A stretch of DNA of 64,000 nucleotides from Candidatus Binatia bacterium (GTDB lineage: Bacteria; Desulfobacterota; Binatia; Bin18): contig OY761159.2 of NCBI GenBank assembly GCA_963664395.2, forward strand, positions 672,001 to 736,000. The letters are read 5' to 3'. The notes below the pieces were generated by a model. It did not search any database, was not told where the DNA came from, and saw nothing but the letters and a program-made list of their open reading frames with translations. The stretch's first letter is position 1; each line of letters starts with the position of its first letter. Positions 39,176 to 48,547 of the stretch are shown in pieces. Made by a program: the position numbers and the translations under genes.

Positions 39176-40888
39176 TTACCGCTGAGCCAACGGCCCGCGC
39201 AACAACTGTCCGGGCAGCGCACCGGTATGCTCGTTTTCACGCAGGACTACTTGGCCATTGACGACCGAAGCCAGAAAACCCGCGGCTTTCTGTTTGAGCC
39301 GCCGCGCGCCGGCGGGCAGATCATAGGTCAGCTCCGGCATCATCGGACCCACCGTTTCCGGGTCGAAGACCACGACGTCCGCGGTCATCCCTTCACGCAG
39401 CAGGCCGCGTCCGTGCAAGCCCCACTGGGAAGCCGGCACGAAGGTGAGCTGCCGGACCGCGGCTTCGAGGGTGATTTCTTGCTTCTCGCGCACCCAATGA
39501 CTCAGCACATGGGTCTGTAAGGACGAGTCCATAATCTGAGAAACGTGGGCACCGGAGTCAGAGAACGTGATCACTGAACGCGGGTGCTTCATCATCTCCA
39601 ACACATGCTCCTGGTTCTCATTGGCCAGCGGTTGCAGGAAGAACTGCTTGAGGTTTTTCTCCAGCGCCAGATCGATGAAGGTCTCGATCGGGTCCTGGTT
39701 CCGCTCTGTGGCAATTTCCGCGATGGAGCGGTGGGGCGGGTTGGGCTGGTCCATTAAGAACAACCATTCGAAATTCGCCGCCCGGGCTTCGGGACCGACT
39801 CCCCGGTTGCCGTCGTCTTCTTGGGTGTGGGCCTCTTCAACCAGTTTGCGCCGGTAGTCGGGATTCCGCAGGGCAGCTTCTTTCTCTTCGAGTGACGCCA
39901 TCTTCTTGAGCGCGCGCCAGGTTGGCAGCCGGTCGAACGGCGTATTGGTCTGGAAGGACAGGACCGCATTCAGCGCGCGGCTGTGCACCTGCAGGAACAT
40001 GCGGCCACCCGCGGCTGCGGTTTCGTCGGTTAAATCAAGATAGGGCTGCCAGCAGTCCGGCGCACGGCGCATGCTGAACATGCCGTAGGTCACCGGGACT
40101 CCGGTATCGACCGCCAGAGCCTTGAGACGATCCATGTATTCACGGATGCGCTCCGGGTTCTGGCCCGTGTCTTCTCCGGCGATTTCAAAGATGCCGGCTC
40201 CCATTTCACCCATAGTGCCGACCAACTGCCGGACCTCATCCCAGGTGGCGAGCCGGCTGGCAACCGGCTGTCGCTGCGGAGTCTGGTGGTTGCGGGTGCG
40301 CGAGGTGGTGAACCCCATCGCGCCGGCCTGAATCGCTTCACGCACCGCCTGTTTCATGCGTTCCAAATCCTGCTCAGTGGCCGGGTCGGTAAAGGCGCGC
40401 TCGCCCATCACATGGGTCCGCAGGGCGGAATGCCCCATATAGGCGGCATAGTTAATGCCTTTGGGCAGACGCTCAACAGAATCCAGATACTCAGGAAAAG
40501 TCTCCCAGGTCCATTTGATACCGGCATTCATGGCCTCGGGCGCAATGTCCTCGGCCCGCTCCAGGTTGCGCATGACCATGTCCTTTTCGCTCTCCTTACA
40601 CGGCGCGAGCGAAAATCCGCAGTTGCCCATCACCACGCTGGTAATGCCGTGCCAGCATGAACACGTTCCGAGCGGGTCCCAGGAGACTTGGGCATCCATA
40701 TGGGTGTGGCCATCGATAAAACCGGGGGTGACGACGTGACCTTCGGCGTCAATCGTCTCTTGTGCACTGTCGCGAATGCGGCCAATCGAAGCGATTTTCC
40801 CATCCACGATACCCACATCGGAGCGGAACCGGGGCATGCCCGAGCCGTCAATGACGGTTCCATTTTTAATAATCAGATCGTACTGCAT
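39176..40888 (-). CDS. N-acyl-D-amino-acid deacylase-like amidohydrolase, paralog of 29156-30868
   Basis: Same motifs; long identical peptide stretches with the other copy. Confidence 0.9.
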   Translation of the reverse strand: MQYDLIIKNGTVIDGSGMPRFRSDVGIVDGKIASIGRIRDSAQETIDAEGHVVTPGFIDGHTHMDAQVSWDPLGTCSCWHGITSVVMGNCGFSLAPCKESEKDMVMRNLERAEDIAPEAMNAGIKWTWETFPEYLDSVERLPKGINYAAYMGHSALRTHVMGERAFTDPATEQDLERMKQAVREAIQAGAMGFTTSRTRNHQTPQRQPVASRLATWDEVRQLVGTMGEMGAGIFEIAGEDTGQNPERIREYMDRLKALAVDTGVPVTYGMFSMRRAPDCWQPYLDLTDETAAAGGRMFLQVHSRALNAVLSFQTNTPFDRLPTWRALKKMASLEEKEAALRNPDYRRKLVEEAHTQEDDGNRGVGPEARAANFEWLFLMDQPNPPHRSIAEIATERNQDPIETFIDLALEKNLKQFFLQPLANENQEHVLEMMKHPRSVITFSDSGAHVSQIMDSSLQTHVLSHWVREKQEITLEAAVRQLTFVPASQWGLHGRGLLREGMTADVVVFDPETVGPMMPELTYDLPAGARRLKQKAAGFLASVVNGQVVLRENEHTGALPGQLLRGPLAQR

Positions 40889-41007
40889 TCTCTCTCCTTC
40901 TTGTGAAACGGCCGTCAAGCTGACGGGGTTTTCTCACTATGACGAGTTATGGGATACTGCTGCCAAGGATTTGTCAACCTGTCGGAGGAATGCTACGAGG
41001 GGTCATC

Positions 41008-43122
41008 ATGAAAACCACACCCATTATCGCACTCTTCGTCACCCTTATCGTGGGCCTCTCTCTCCCCCAATCACTCTGGGCGCAGTCCGTTTTTGAGAAC
41101 CCGCAGCCGGGTTCGTTTCAAAGTGGCGTCGGGGTGATTTCCGGCTGGGCGTGTGAGGCCGAGCGGATTGATGTTGATATTTTCCTTAATGCGGGTGGTG
41201 TTCCTTCTTCCTTTGTGAGTGTCGATATATACGGCGGGGACTACCCTCCTCCTCCAGAGCCGGACCAGACCTATCAGGCCGCATATGGCACTGCCCGCGA
41301 GGACACCAAAGAGATATGTGGCGATATCGATAATGGCTTTGGCCTGCTCTTCAACTGGAACCGCTTGGGTCCGGGAACCCATCTGGTCAAAGCTCGGGCC
41401 GATGGGGAAGTCTTCGGGACTGCCACAGTCACGGTCACGACCCTGGGTGAGGAGTTCTTGACAGGAGCGAGTGGTAATTTCGTCGTTGAAGATTTCCCGA
41501 CAGCAGACGAGGACATCCGGCTCCGTTGGCAACAAACTACTCAGAACTTCGTAATTCAACGTCCCCTTCTGACCACCAGAGGGCTGCCGTGGGGGCCCTA
41601 TCCTCATCCTAACGATGGCACCGTTGGTTACAGTGGTGTACCCCCACACGTGCTGGAGAACCCGCCGCCGGGTTCGTCTCAAAGCGGCGTAGGAATCATT
41701 TCCGGCTGGGTGTGTGAGGCCGAGCGGATTGACGTTGTCTTCAATCCCGGCACCGACAATGAGAGGACCTTTCAGGCTGGCTATGGGACCAGCCGAGAAG
41801 ACACCGAGGGTGTCTGTAATGACATCAATAATGGCTTTGGTCTGCTCTTCAACTGGAACCGGCTGGGCGACGGCCAGCATACGGTCCAAGCCAAGGCCGA
41901 CGGTGAAGTCTTCGGCAGCGCCACGGTCACGGTCACGACCTTTGGTACAGAATTCCTAAGGGACGTTGGCAAACACGCCCGGCTGGAAAATTTTCCCGAC
42001 ACCGGGACGGACCTCATCGTCGCCTGGCAACAGTCTCTCCAGAACTTCACGATTGCGCGGCTCGATAATCTCGCGCCCCGGATTGCCTCCATCGACGCCA
42101 TCGGGGACAGCATCAGCAAGGCCTTTAACGCCCAAGATAAAGCGCCTTGTCCAAATGATGATCAAGAGAGCTTCAACTGGGCAACCAGTATCACCCAGGA
42201 CGGTGTGTTTTGTAGCCACGGTGGGGACAGAGTTTATAGCCAAGCGGAACGGCTTGAGTGTCGGCAGGAAACCATGATTGTGAATACCGATCCCAATACT
42301 GCGGTTTCCGGTGCCGAGATGCTCAAGGATTTTTTCGATCAAGCAGAAAACACAAAGAAATCTCTCGGGACGAAACCGGCTCCACGCTATGTAACGGTCG
42401 AAATGGGTCATAATGATATTTGCAGCGGCACCATTGAACGTATTCAAACCAACTGTGCAGAAGGGGACGATCAGGACCCGATGAACCACTGCCGAACTAC
42501 GGAGGCGGCGTTTGAGCGCGAGTTTCGCAAGGGGCTCGATGTTTTGATTACCGTCCCGGACTTGAAAATCGGCATTGCCGCACCCGTGCGGGTGTCTCAG
42601 TTGTGCAACCACGCCGCTAAAAGAAACTGTTCTCCTCTTCCTGGAACCTGCGGATCCCTGTGGGAACGGGTTATTACACTCGGCCTACGTGAGACCGGCC
42701 TGTGCGGGTCTATCACTATCGACTGCTCTGACGAACGCCTTCAAAGAGGTTACGAAACGGCTCGGGCGTATCGTGACATTATGGCGCGCGTCTCCTCGGA
42801 GTATGCCGCCTTAGCTGAGGGGGAAACCTCCAAGGAAATAGAATTCGGCGACGAGCCAGTTGGGGGGAAAGTCAAAGCAGCCGGAACCTCCCTCAACTTC
42901 AGCAATGCTTCTTGGGTATACAAGTTTAAGAGCGAACAGATTTCGTGCTGTGACTGTTTCCACCCCTCGTTTCTCGGCCAGGATGCAGCCGCCCAAATCT
43001 TGTTTGACGGCTTTACTTGTAGTCCAACGGATGTGTGTTGCGCGGACACTGGAGACCCGGTATCCGACGCACTGTGTACGACCGAAGATACCGGTGGCAC
43101 CTTTCATCCGGGATTATTCTGA
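41008..43122 (+). CDS. Secreted protein: two ENP..SGVG..SGW.C modules + Cys-rich SGNH/GDSL hydrolase
   Basis: Signal peptide; AIGDSIS, MGHNDIC, DCFHPS catalytic blocks. Confidence 0.85.
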   Translation: MKTTPIIALFVTLIVGLSLPQSLWAQSVFENPQPGSFQSGVGVISGWACEAERIDVDIFLNAGGVPSSFVSVDIYGGDYPPPPEPDQTYQAAYGTAREDTKEICGDIDNGFGLLFNWNRLGPGTHLVKARADGEVFGTATVTVTTLGEEFLTGASGNFVVEDFPTADEDIRLRWQQTTQNFVIQRPLLTTRGLPWGPYPHPNDGTVGYSGVPPHVLENPPPGSSQSGVGIISGWVCEAERIDVVFNPGTDNERTFQAGYGTSREDTEGVCNDINNGFGLLFNWNRLGDGQHTVQAKADGEVFGSATVTVTTFGTEFLRDVGKHARLENFPDTGTDLIVAWQQSLQNFTIARLDNLAPRIASIDAIGDSISKAFNAQDKAPCPNDDQESFNWATSITQDGVFCSHGGDRVYSQAERLECRQETMIVNTDPNTAVSGAEMLKDFFDQAENTKKSLGTKPAPRYVTVEMGHNDICSGTIERIQTNCAEGDDQDPMNHCRTTEAAFEREFRKGLDVLITVPDLKIGIAAPVRVSQLCNHAAKRNCSPLPGTCGSLWERVITLGLRETGLCGSITIDCSDERLQRGYETARAYRDIMARVSSEYAALAEGETSKEIEFGDEPVGGKVKAAGTSLNFSNASWVYKFKSEQISCCDCFHPSFLGQDAAAQILFDGFTCSPTDVCCADTGDPVSDALCTTEDTGGTFHPGLF

Positions 43123-43140
43123 CCAAACACAGGGGGAGAG

Positions 43141-43356
43141 ATGGAGCCGTTGCGCGTTATTTCTGCTGATTCGCATATGACAGAGCCGCCCGACCTGTGG
43201 ACCGCCCGGCTCGACCAACAGTTCCGGGACCGAGCCCCCCGGGTTGTAGAGGACAAAGAAAAACCTGGACATTTTTTCAGGGCTCCCGGTATCACACCCT
43301 TCCCGGTTGCGGGTGGATTCTCTGCGGGCCGCAGTGGCGAAGAACTCGAAAAATAA
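43141..43356 (+). pseudogene. N-terminal fragment of an amidohydrolase_2 gene
   Basis: RBS GGGGGAG; VISADSHMTEPPDLW...RAPRV; stops after 71 aa. Confidence 0.85.
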
Positions 43357-43416
43357 CTCAGCGACCGACACCCCAGGAACTACCGGAACATCCCAGGTCG
43401 GGGAAACGCTTCAGAA

Positions 43417-44883
43417 CTAGGCGGTATTGCCGTTCACATGCACCCGCGTGAAATAGCCGTTTTCCTCCAGGTGTTGGTGATAGGTAATGGTGCAGTCTTT
43501 GCCGAGACGTGCCTCGGCCTCGCTGAGCGCGGCGTCAATCGTGGGGAACGGCTCGAAGCCCATCCGTCGGGCGACCGCCTCGTTTTCTTTCGGCACGCCG
43601 GCAGCCAGGACGCCACCCAGATGCTTGAGCGCATACAAGCCCTGTCCATACAGAATGCACGGGTGCGCCCCGTGAAAGGCAAAGCCGTGGCGATACTTGT
43701 GGACAAACTCCGGGCGGTGAGCATACTCTTCGGAGTAGGTATCCCACACCTCCAGCGGGTCTTGGATGGCCGGTAACACCTCGTGGTAGAGCGTGTGATA
43801 TGAGGGGTGGTTGAGCAGACTGAATTTGGGGTCAAAGGGATTGGCGGCGATGAGTATCCCGCCTTTTCGGACCAGGGGATTCTCGTGATAGGCGTTGAAC
43901 AACCCGGACAAAGCCTTGTTGCGACAGTGAATGGGATTGAACACCGACAGGCGCGAGTAGCCGTCCCCATCAGCCATCCCCATCAACAGTACATCCGTCT
44001 GCCCTTCAACATCAGTGACGAGCTGCGAGAGCAGCATATCAATGTGCATCTCCCGCACCGGAGTGATCAGCCCGGCGTCAATGGCCGCAAACTGCTGTGG
44101 GCTACTCGTAGTCAGGACGCCCTCTATCTTCATGACGGGCGGGTGACCGCGACGCGCAAGCTCGGCTTCTACCAGGGTCCCCATTTCATTCAGCAGCTTG
44201 TGGAAGGAACTGTTTTTGGGGTCCTGGACCGAGTGACCCGAGGCAAACGGCCAGGGACGGTGATGATAGCGGATGGACTCCCAATTACTCATACCCACCA
44301 GAATGGACTTCCAGCCGCCCTGGAAGAATCCGCCCGGCACGGACATGAAGATGAACAGGTCAGACTCAACGACCGAGCGGTGGACCATGACTTCCATGCC
44401 CCGCCGGGTCATACCCAGATTGACAAACTGATTCGGGTCGGTCGCATCGATACACGCCAGGCGTCCGCCTAAGGTATAGGGCAATCTCGGACCAAGGATG
44501 TGGGTCATCTCCTTACGGGTCCACATGCGGTGGAGCGCGTTGGCAACTTTAATCTGGATATCTTCGGGCCGGACCCCGTACTGGTCCAATAAATCGAGTA
44601 AGATGGGCAGCCCGAGAATGCGCAAATCCTGGTCGTCGGGATGGTAGTGCGTGGCCCGGCCGTCCTGAATGCCGATGGTGACCTTTGCGCCCGGCCTGAC
44701 CAGTTTCTCCAGGGCCGGCATGCCAACCGGCTGGGTGACCGCGGCCCGAAAGGCGGCCGCCGCGTCGGGCAGGGGGGCAACCGAGGGCGGCGGTCCGGGC
44801 GGGATGCGGGTCCGGTCTATCGGCAGATGCGCCGGCGTCTTGGTCGTGCCACAGCTCACCAGATATTCTTGTGTGGATGCCAT
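43417..44883 (-). CDS. LarA-like (DUF2088) lactate racemase-domain protein
   Basis: PVGMPALEKLV, ANALHR, GGWKS, GGILI, FHGAHP. Confidence 0.75.
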   Translation of the reverse strand: MASTQEYLVSCGTTKTPAHLPIDRTRIPPGPPPSVAPLPDAAAAFRAAVTQPVGMPALEKLVRPGAKVTIGIQDGRATHYHPDDQDLRILGLPILLDLLDQYGVRPEDIQIKVANALHRMWTRKEMTHILGPRLPYTLGGRLACIDATDPNQFVNLGMTRRGMEVMVHRSVVESDLFIFMSVPGGFFQGGWKSILVGMSNWESIRYHHRPWPFASGHSVQDPKNSSFHKLLNEMGTLVEAELARRGHPPVMKIEGVLTTSSPQQFAAIDAGLITPVREMHIDMLLSQLVTDVEGQTDVLLMGMADGDGYSRLSVFNPIHCRNKALSGLFNAYHENPLVRKGGILIAANPFDPKFSLLNHPSYHTLYHEVLPAIQDPLEVWDTYSEEYAHRPEFVHKYRHGFAFHGAHPCILYGQGLYALKHLGGVLAAGVPKENEAVARRMGFEPFPTIDAALSEAEARLGKDCTITYHQHLEENGYFTRVHVNGNTA

Positions 44884-44914
44884 CGTCTTCCCTCCTTATA
44901 CAGCAATATATCCG

Positions 44915-46678
44915 TTACCAGCCTACGGCGTACGACGGCCGGCGCGGGTCGGCGCCACCAGCCAGCACACCGGTTGTCGGCTCGACGTGAATGCAGCATA
45001 CGGCCCCGGCCCGCCACACCCAGTCCGGCCACCAGTGCACCTGATGGCCTCGTTCGGACAACCGCGCCCCGGTCTCCTCGGCGATGCGGCTCTCGATATT
45101 CAGCCGACCGGGATGGTAGGCGTGCGGTTCAAAGGAGTCTGGGAAGCTGTAGCTGGCGAAGCGCGGCGCTTCGACCGCTTCCTGGGCCTCCATGCCGAAG
45201 ACCGCACTGTTGAGCAGGGTCTGCAACATGGCCTGGGGCTGGACGTCACCACCGGGCGAACCCAGCACCAGAAAGGGGCGTCCGTCACGCAGGACCAAGG
45301 CCGGGTTGGGGGTCAGGCGGGGCCGTTTGCCAGGGGCGACACACGACGCATGCTCCGGGTCGGCCCAGGACTGCGAACCGCGTGAAGACGGACACAGCCC
45401 CGTCCCCGGTACGACCGGCATATCAGACGAGGTATCGCTCGGCGTGGCGGAGAAGACGTTGCCCTGCCGGTCTATGACGCAGACATACGAGGTGTCCAGG
45501 CCGGGCTGGGCCGTTTCGTTCGGCAGCGGATTGGTCTCAGCGTCAACAACCGCCTGGCAGCGCTGGGGATCGCCGGCCGGCGGCATCTCGGGCCAGGCTT
45601 CGTGCTCCCGAATCAAGGCCCGGCGTTGCGCAGCATAGTCCTTAGACAACAGCCCTTCGATTGGCACCTCAACGAAGCGCGGGTCGCCGTAGTAGCGCTC
45701 CCGGTCGGCAAACGCCAGCTTGAGCGCTTCGGTCACGGTGTGGATATACTGAGGCGAATTGTGACCCTGGGCCGCAAGATCATAGCCTTCCAAGAGATTC
45801 AACGTTTGCTGTAAGACCGGCCCCTGACACCACGGGCCGCAGGCATAGATTTCGAGGTCCTGGAATGTCGTCCGCGTCGGGGGTTCTACGCCAACCCGAA
45901 ATGCGGCTAGGTCTTGCGCGGTCAGCAGCCCGTCGTTCTCGGCGTGGAACTTGACGATAGCCGCGGCAATATCTCCGTGGTAAAAAGCCGCCCGGGCCGC
46001 CTGGAGTCCGGCTTTTCGTCCCTGACTCCGCGCCTGTGCTTCTTCGTCAGCCATATACTGCAAGGTACCGGCCAGGTCGGTTTGTTTGAAGATATCACCC
46101 GGCTGGGGAGCCTGACCACCGGGAAGATAAATGGCTGCGTTGGATGGCCAGCGCCGATACTTGTCGGCGTTGGCCTTGATGATGCCCGCGGTAAAAGCAT
46201 GGATGGGAAACCCGTCCCGCGCAAAACGGATCGCGGCCGCCGCTACCTCACCAAAGCTCATGCTCCCGTAGCGCTCCAGCGCGGTAATCCAGGCGTCGGG
46301 CGCGCTGGGCACGACGGTGCGGAGAATACCCGCAGGAATATGGCCGGCGTGCTTGTGCTGAAACATCTCCACCGAGGCAGCCTGCGGCCAGTGACCCAGA
46401 CCGCTGATCGTCGTCACCTCACGTCGGTCGGCCAGATACAGGATGATCGGAGCTACCCCGGCCACGTTCACCATATCGCTCTGTAAGACGCCTAGGGCGA
46501 TACCGGCAGCAACACCCGCATCAACCGCATTGCCACCGGCTTCAAGAATATGAAAGCCGGCGTGCGCCGCCAAATAGTGACCGGCCACGACCATGTGGCG
46601 GGTGCCCCGGATGGTCGGGCGGTGGGCAGTTACACTTCGTGTTTCGGTTCCGGCGTCAGACAGACTGTCGAGTGACAT
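44915..46678 (-). CDS. Gamma-glutamyltransferase family (Ntn hydrolase)
   Basis: GGNAVDAGVAA, DTSYVCVID cleavage site, PGKRPRLTPNP, GSPGGDVQ, GADPRR. Confidence 0.92.
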   Translation of the reverse strand: MSLDSLSDAGTETRSVTAHRPTIRGTRHMVVAGHYLAAHAGFHILEAGGNAVDAGVAAGIALGVLQSDMVNVAGVAPIILYLADRREVTTISGLGHWPQAASVEMFQHKHAGHIPAGILRTVVPSAPDAWITALERYGSMSFGEVAAAAIRFARDGFPIHAFTAGIIKANADKYRRWPSNAAIYLPGGQAPQPGDIFKQTDLAGTLQYMADEEAQARSQGRKAGLQAARAAFYHGDIAAAIVKFHAENDGLLTAQDLAAFRVGVEPPTRTTFQDLEIYACGPWCQGPVLQQTLNLLEGYDLAAQGHNSPQYIHTVTEALKLAFADRERYYGDPRFVEVPIEGLLSKDYAAQRRALIREHEAWPEMPPAGDPQRCQAVVDAETNPLPNETAQPGLDTSYVCVIDRQGNVFSATPSDTSSDMPVVPGTGLCPSSRGSQSWADPEHASCVAPGKRPRLTPNPALVLRDGRPFLVLGSPGGDVQPQAMLQTLLNSAVFGMEAQEAVEAPRFASYSFPDSFEPHAYHPGRLNIESRIAEETGARLSERGHQVHWWPDWVWRAGAVCCIHVEPTTGVLAGGADPRRPSYAVGW

Positions 46679-46707
46679 GAGAGCCCTCCTTCTTTAACGG
46701 CGCTTTC

Positions 46708-48162
46708 TCATCCCCACCGCTCTACGATCACCTTCTTCTCCGTGTAAAAATCGATGGCATCGCGCCCCTGGCCGTGCAGGTCGCCAAAGAAGCTGTCTTT
46801 CCAGCCGCTAAAAGGGAAGAAGGCCATGGGCGCGGCAACACCGACGTTGATCCCCAGGTTGCCTACCTGGGCTTCGTATCGAAATTTTCGGGCCGCAGCT
46901 CCACTCCGGGTAAAGAGACAGGCCATATTGCCGTAGCGCTGGCCGTTCACCAGCATAATGGCGTGGTCAATATCTTTTGCCGACATCACACTCAGTACTG
47001 GCCCAAATATCTCGGTGGTCGCGATCCGGCTGCTCGGCTGGACATCGGTCAGCAGTGTCGGCTTTACGAAATAGCCCTGTTCGTATTGGGCGACCTGGGC
47101 CTGGCGGCCGTCTACGATGGCCTGCGCTCCGTCATCGAGGCCGGTTTGGATAAGCTGCTCGATGCGAGCTTTACTCTCTGCTCGAATCACTGGCCCCATT
47201 TCCACTCCGGCGTCCAGGCCGTAGCCGACGTTTCGCCGTATGGCCACGTCGGCCATTGCCTCAATAAATGGCTGTGCGGCGTCACCAACCGTGATGGCCA
47301 ATGAAGCGGCAAGGCAGCGTTGGCCGGCGCAGCCAAAAGCCGACTCGGCCGCGACCTGCGCGACATCCTCAATATTGGCATCGGGCAGAATAATAATGGG
47401 ATTTTTTGCGCCGCCCTGACATTGCGCGCGTTTGCCGTTTGCCGTTGCTCGGGCGTACACCGCCCTGGCAACCGGCGTTGAACCAACCAGACTAATGGCT
47501 CGCACCTCGGGATGATCGACCAATGCATCTACTGTTTCTTTTGCGCCGTTCACCAGGTTGGCCACGCCTTTGGGCAAACCCGTTTGCTCCAATAGGGCAA
47601 ATATCTTTTGAGCAGTGAGGGGCGTTTTGTCCGACGGCTTGAGAATAAAGGTGTTCCCACACGCAATGGCATACGGCAGAAACCACAACGGAATCATGCC
47701 CGGAAAATTAAATGGCGTAATCGCCGCCACCACGCCGACCGGCTGCCGGATCATGGTCTCATCAATACCGCGAGCAATATCCTCGCTATACAGACCCTGG
47801 AGTAAACTTGGGACGCCACAGGCAACCTCGACATTCTCAATGCCGCGCCGCATTTCTCCAGCCGCTTCCGTATAGGTCTTGCCACATTCAGTGGTAATGG
47901 TTTGCGCCAATTCGTCGAGGTGTTCCTCCAACAGAGTCTTGAATTTGAACAAATACTGTATCCGCTCACCCGCCGGTGTGCGCCGCCACTCAGGAAAAGC
48001 ACGAGTGGCCGCCCGGACCGTAGCATCAACATCAGGAGCGGGAGAGACTGGTAGGATGGCGATGCTCTGTGCGGTCGCAGGATTCGGAATGGTCAGCGAT
48101 TCCGTTGCGCTCGAATGACTCCACTCGCCATCCACAAAATTGAGGAGCTGTGTAGTACTCAT
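46708..48162 (-). CDS. mmsA: CoA-acylating methylmalonate/malonate-semialdehyde dehydrogenase
   Basis: [44 protein letters not shown]. Confidence 0.9.
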   Translation of the reverse strand: MSTTQLLNFVDGEWSHSSATESLTIPNPATAQSIAILPVSPAPDVDATVRAATRAFPEWRRTPAGERIQYLFKFKTLLEEHLDELAQTITTECGKTYTEAAGEMRRGIENVEVACGVPSLLQGLYSEDIARGIDETMIRQPVGVVAAITPFNFPGMIPLWFLPYAIACGNTFILKPSDKTPLTAQKIFALLEQTGLPKGVANLVNGAKETVDALVDHPEVRAISLVGSTPVARAVYARATANGKRAQCQGGAKNPIIILPDANIEDVAQVAAESAFGCAGQRCLAASLAITVGDAAQPFIEAMADVAIRRNVGYGLDAGVEMGPVIRAESKARIEQLIQTGLDDGAQAIVDGRQAQVAQYEQGYFVKPTLLTDVQPSSRIATTEIFGPVLSVMSAKDIDHAIMLVNGQRYGNMACLFTRSGAAARKFRYEAQVGNLGINVGVAAPMAFFPFSGWKDSFFGDLHGQGRDAIDFYTEKKVIVERWG

Positions 48163-48164
48163 CC

Positions 48165-48380
48165 CTATTCTCCCTCCGCTTTGGCCATGGTGCTCTGAAT
48201 GGCTTGAGCGACTGCCGGCCAGGCAATCATGCTGTAGGTGGAAAAGTGGTGTTCCGCAAACCAAAAGCTGTCATAGCCGAGCTGTTCGGCGTACACGACT
48301 TGTTCCAGGTTTTCCTTGAATAATTGCTGCACACCGCGCTCGGCGGCTTTTGTCACGGTAGAGAAAATTCCGAATTTCAC
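48165..48380 (-). pseudogene. LLM gene reduced to 71 aa, probably by internal deletion
   Basis: KFGIF...[24 protein letters not shown] then a short tail ending 2 bp before mmsA. Confidence 0.8.
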
Positions 48381-48547
48381 CGAACCCTCCCTTTTTCAGA
48401 ACCGTTTTTCTCTCTACGCCCTTTTCCCCCGTGTTGGCAAGACATATTTTCGGGTATGGTCTCGCACACCCGAAACACTTTTTCATTGACACCGGGTCTG
48501 AGATAGACTAGAGCGATTCCATATTCTTTGCATGAAAGGCGTGCGCC

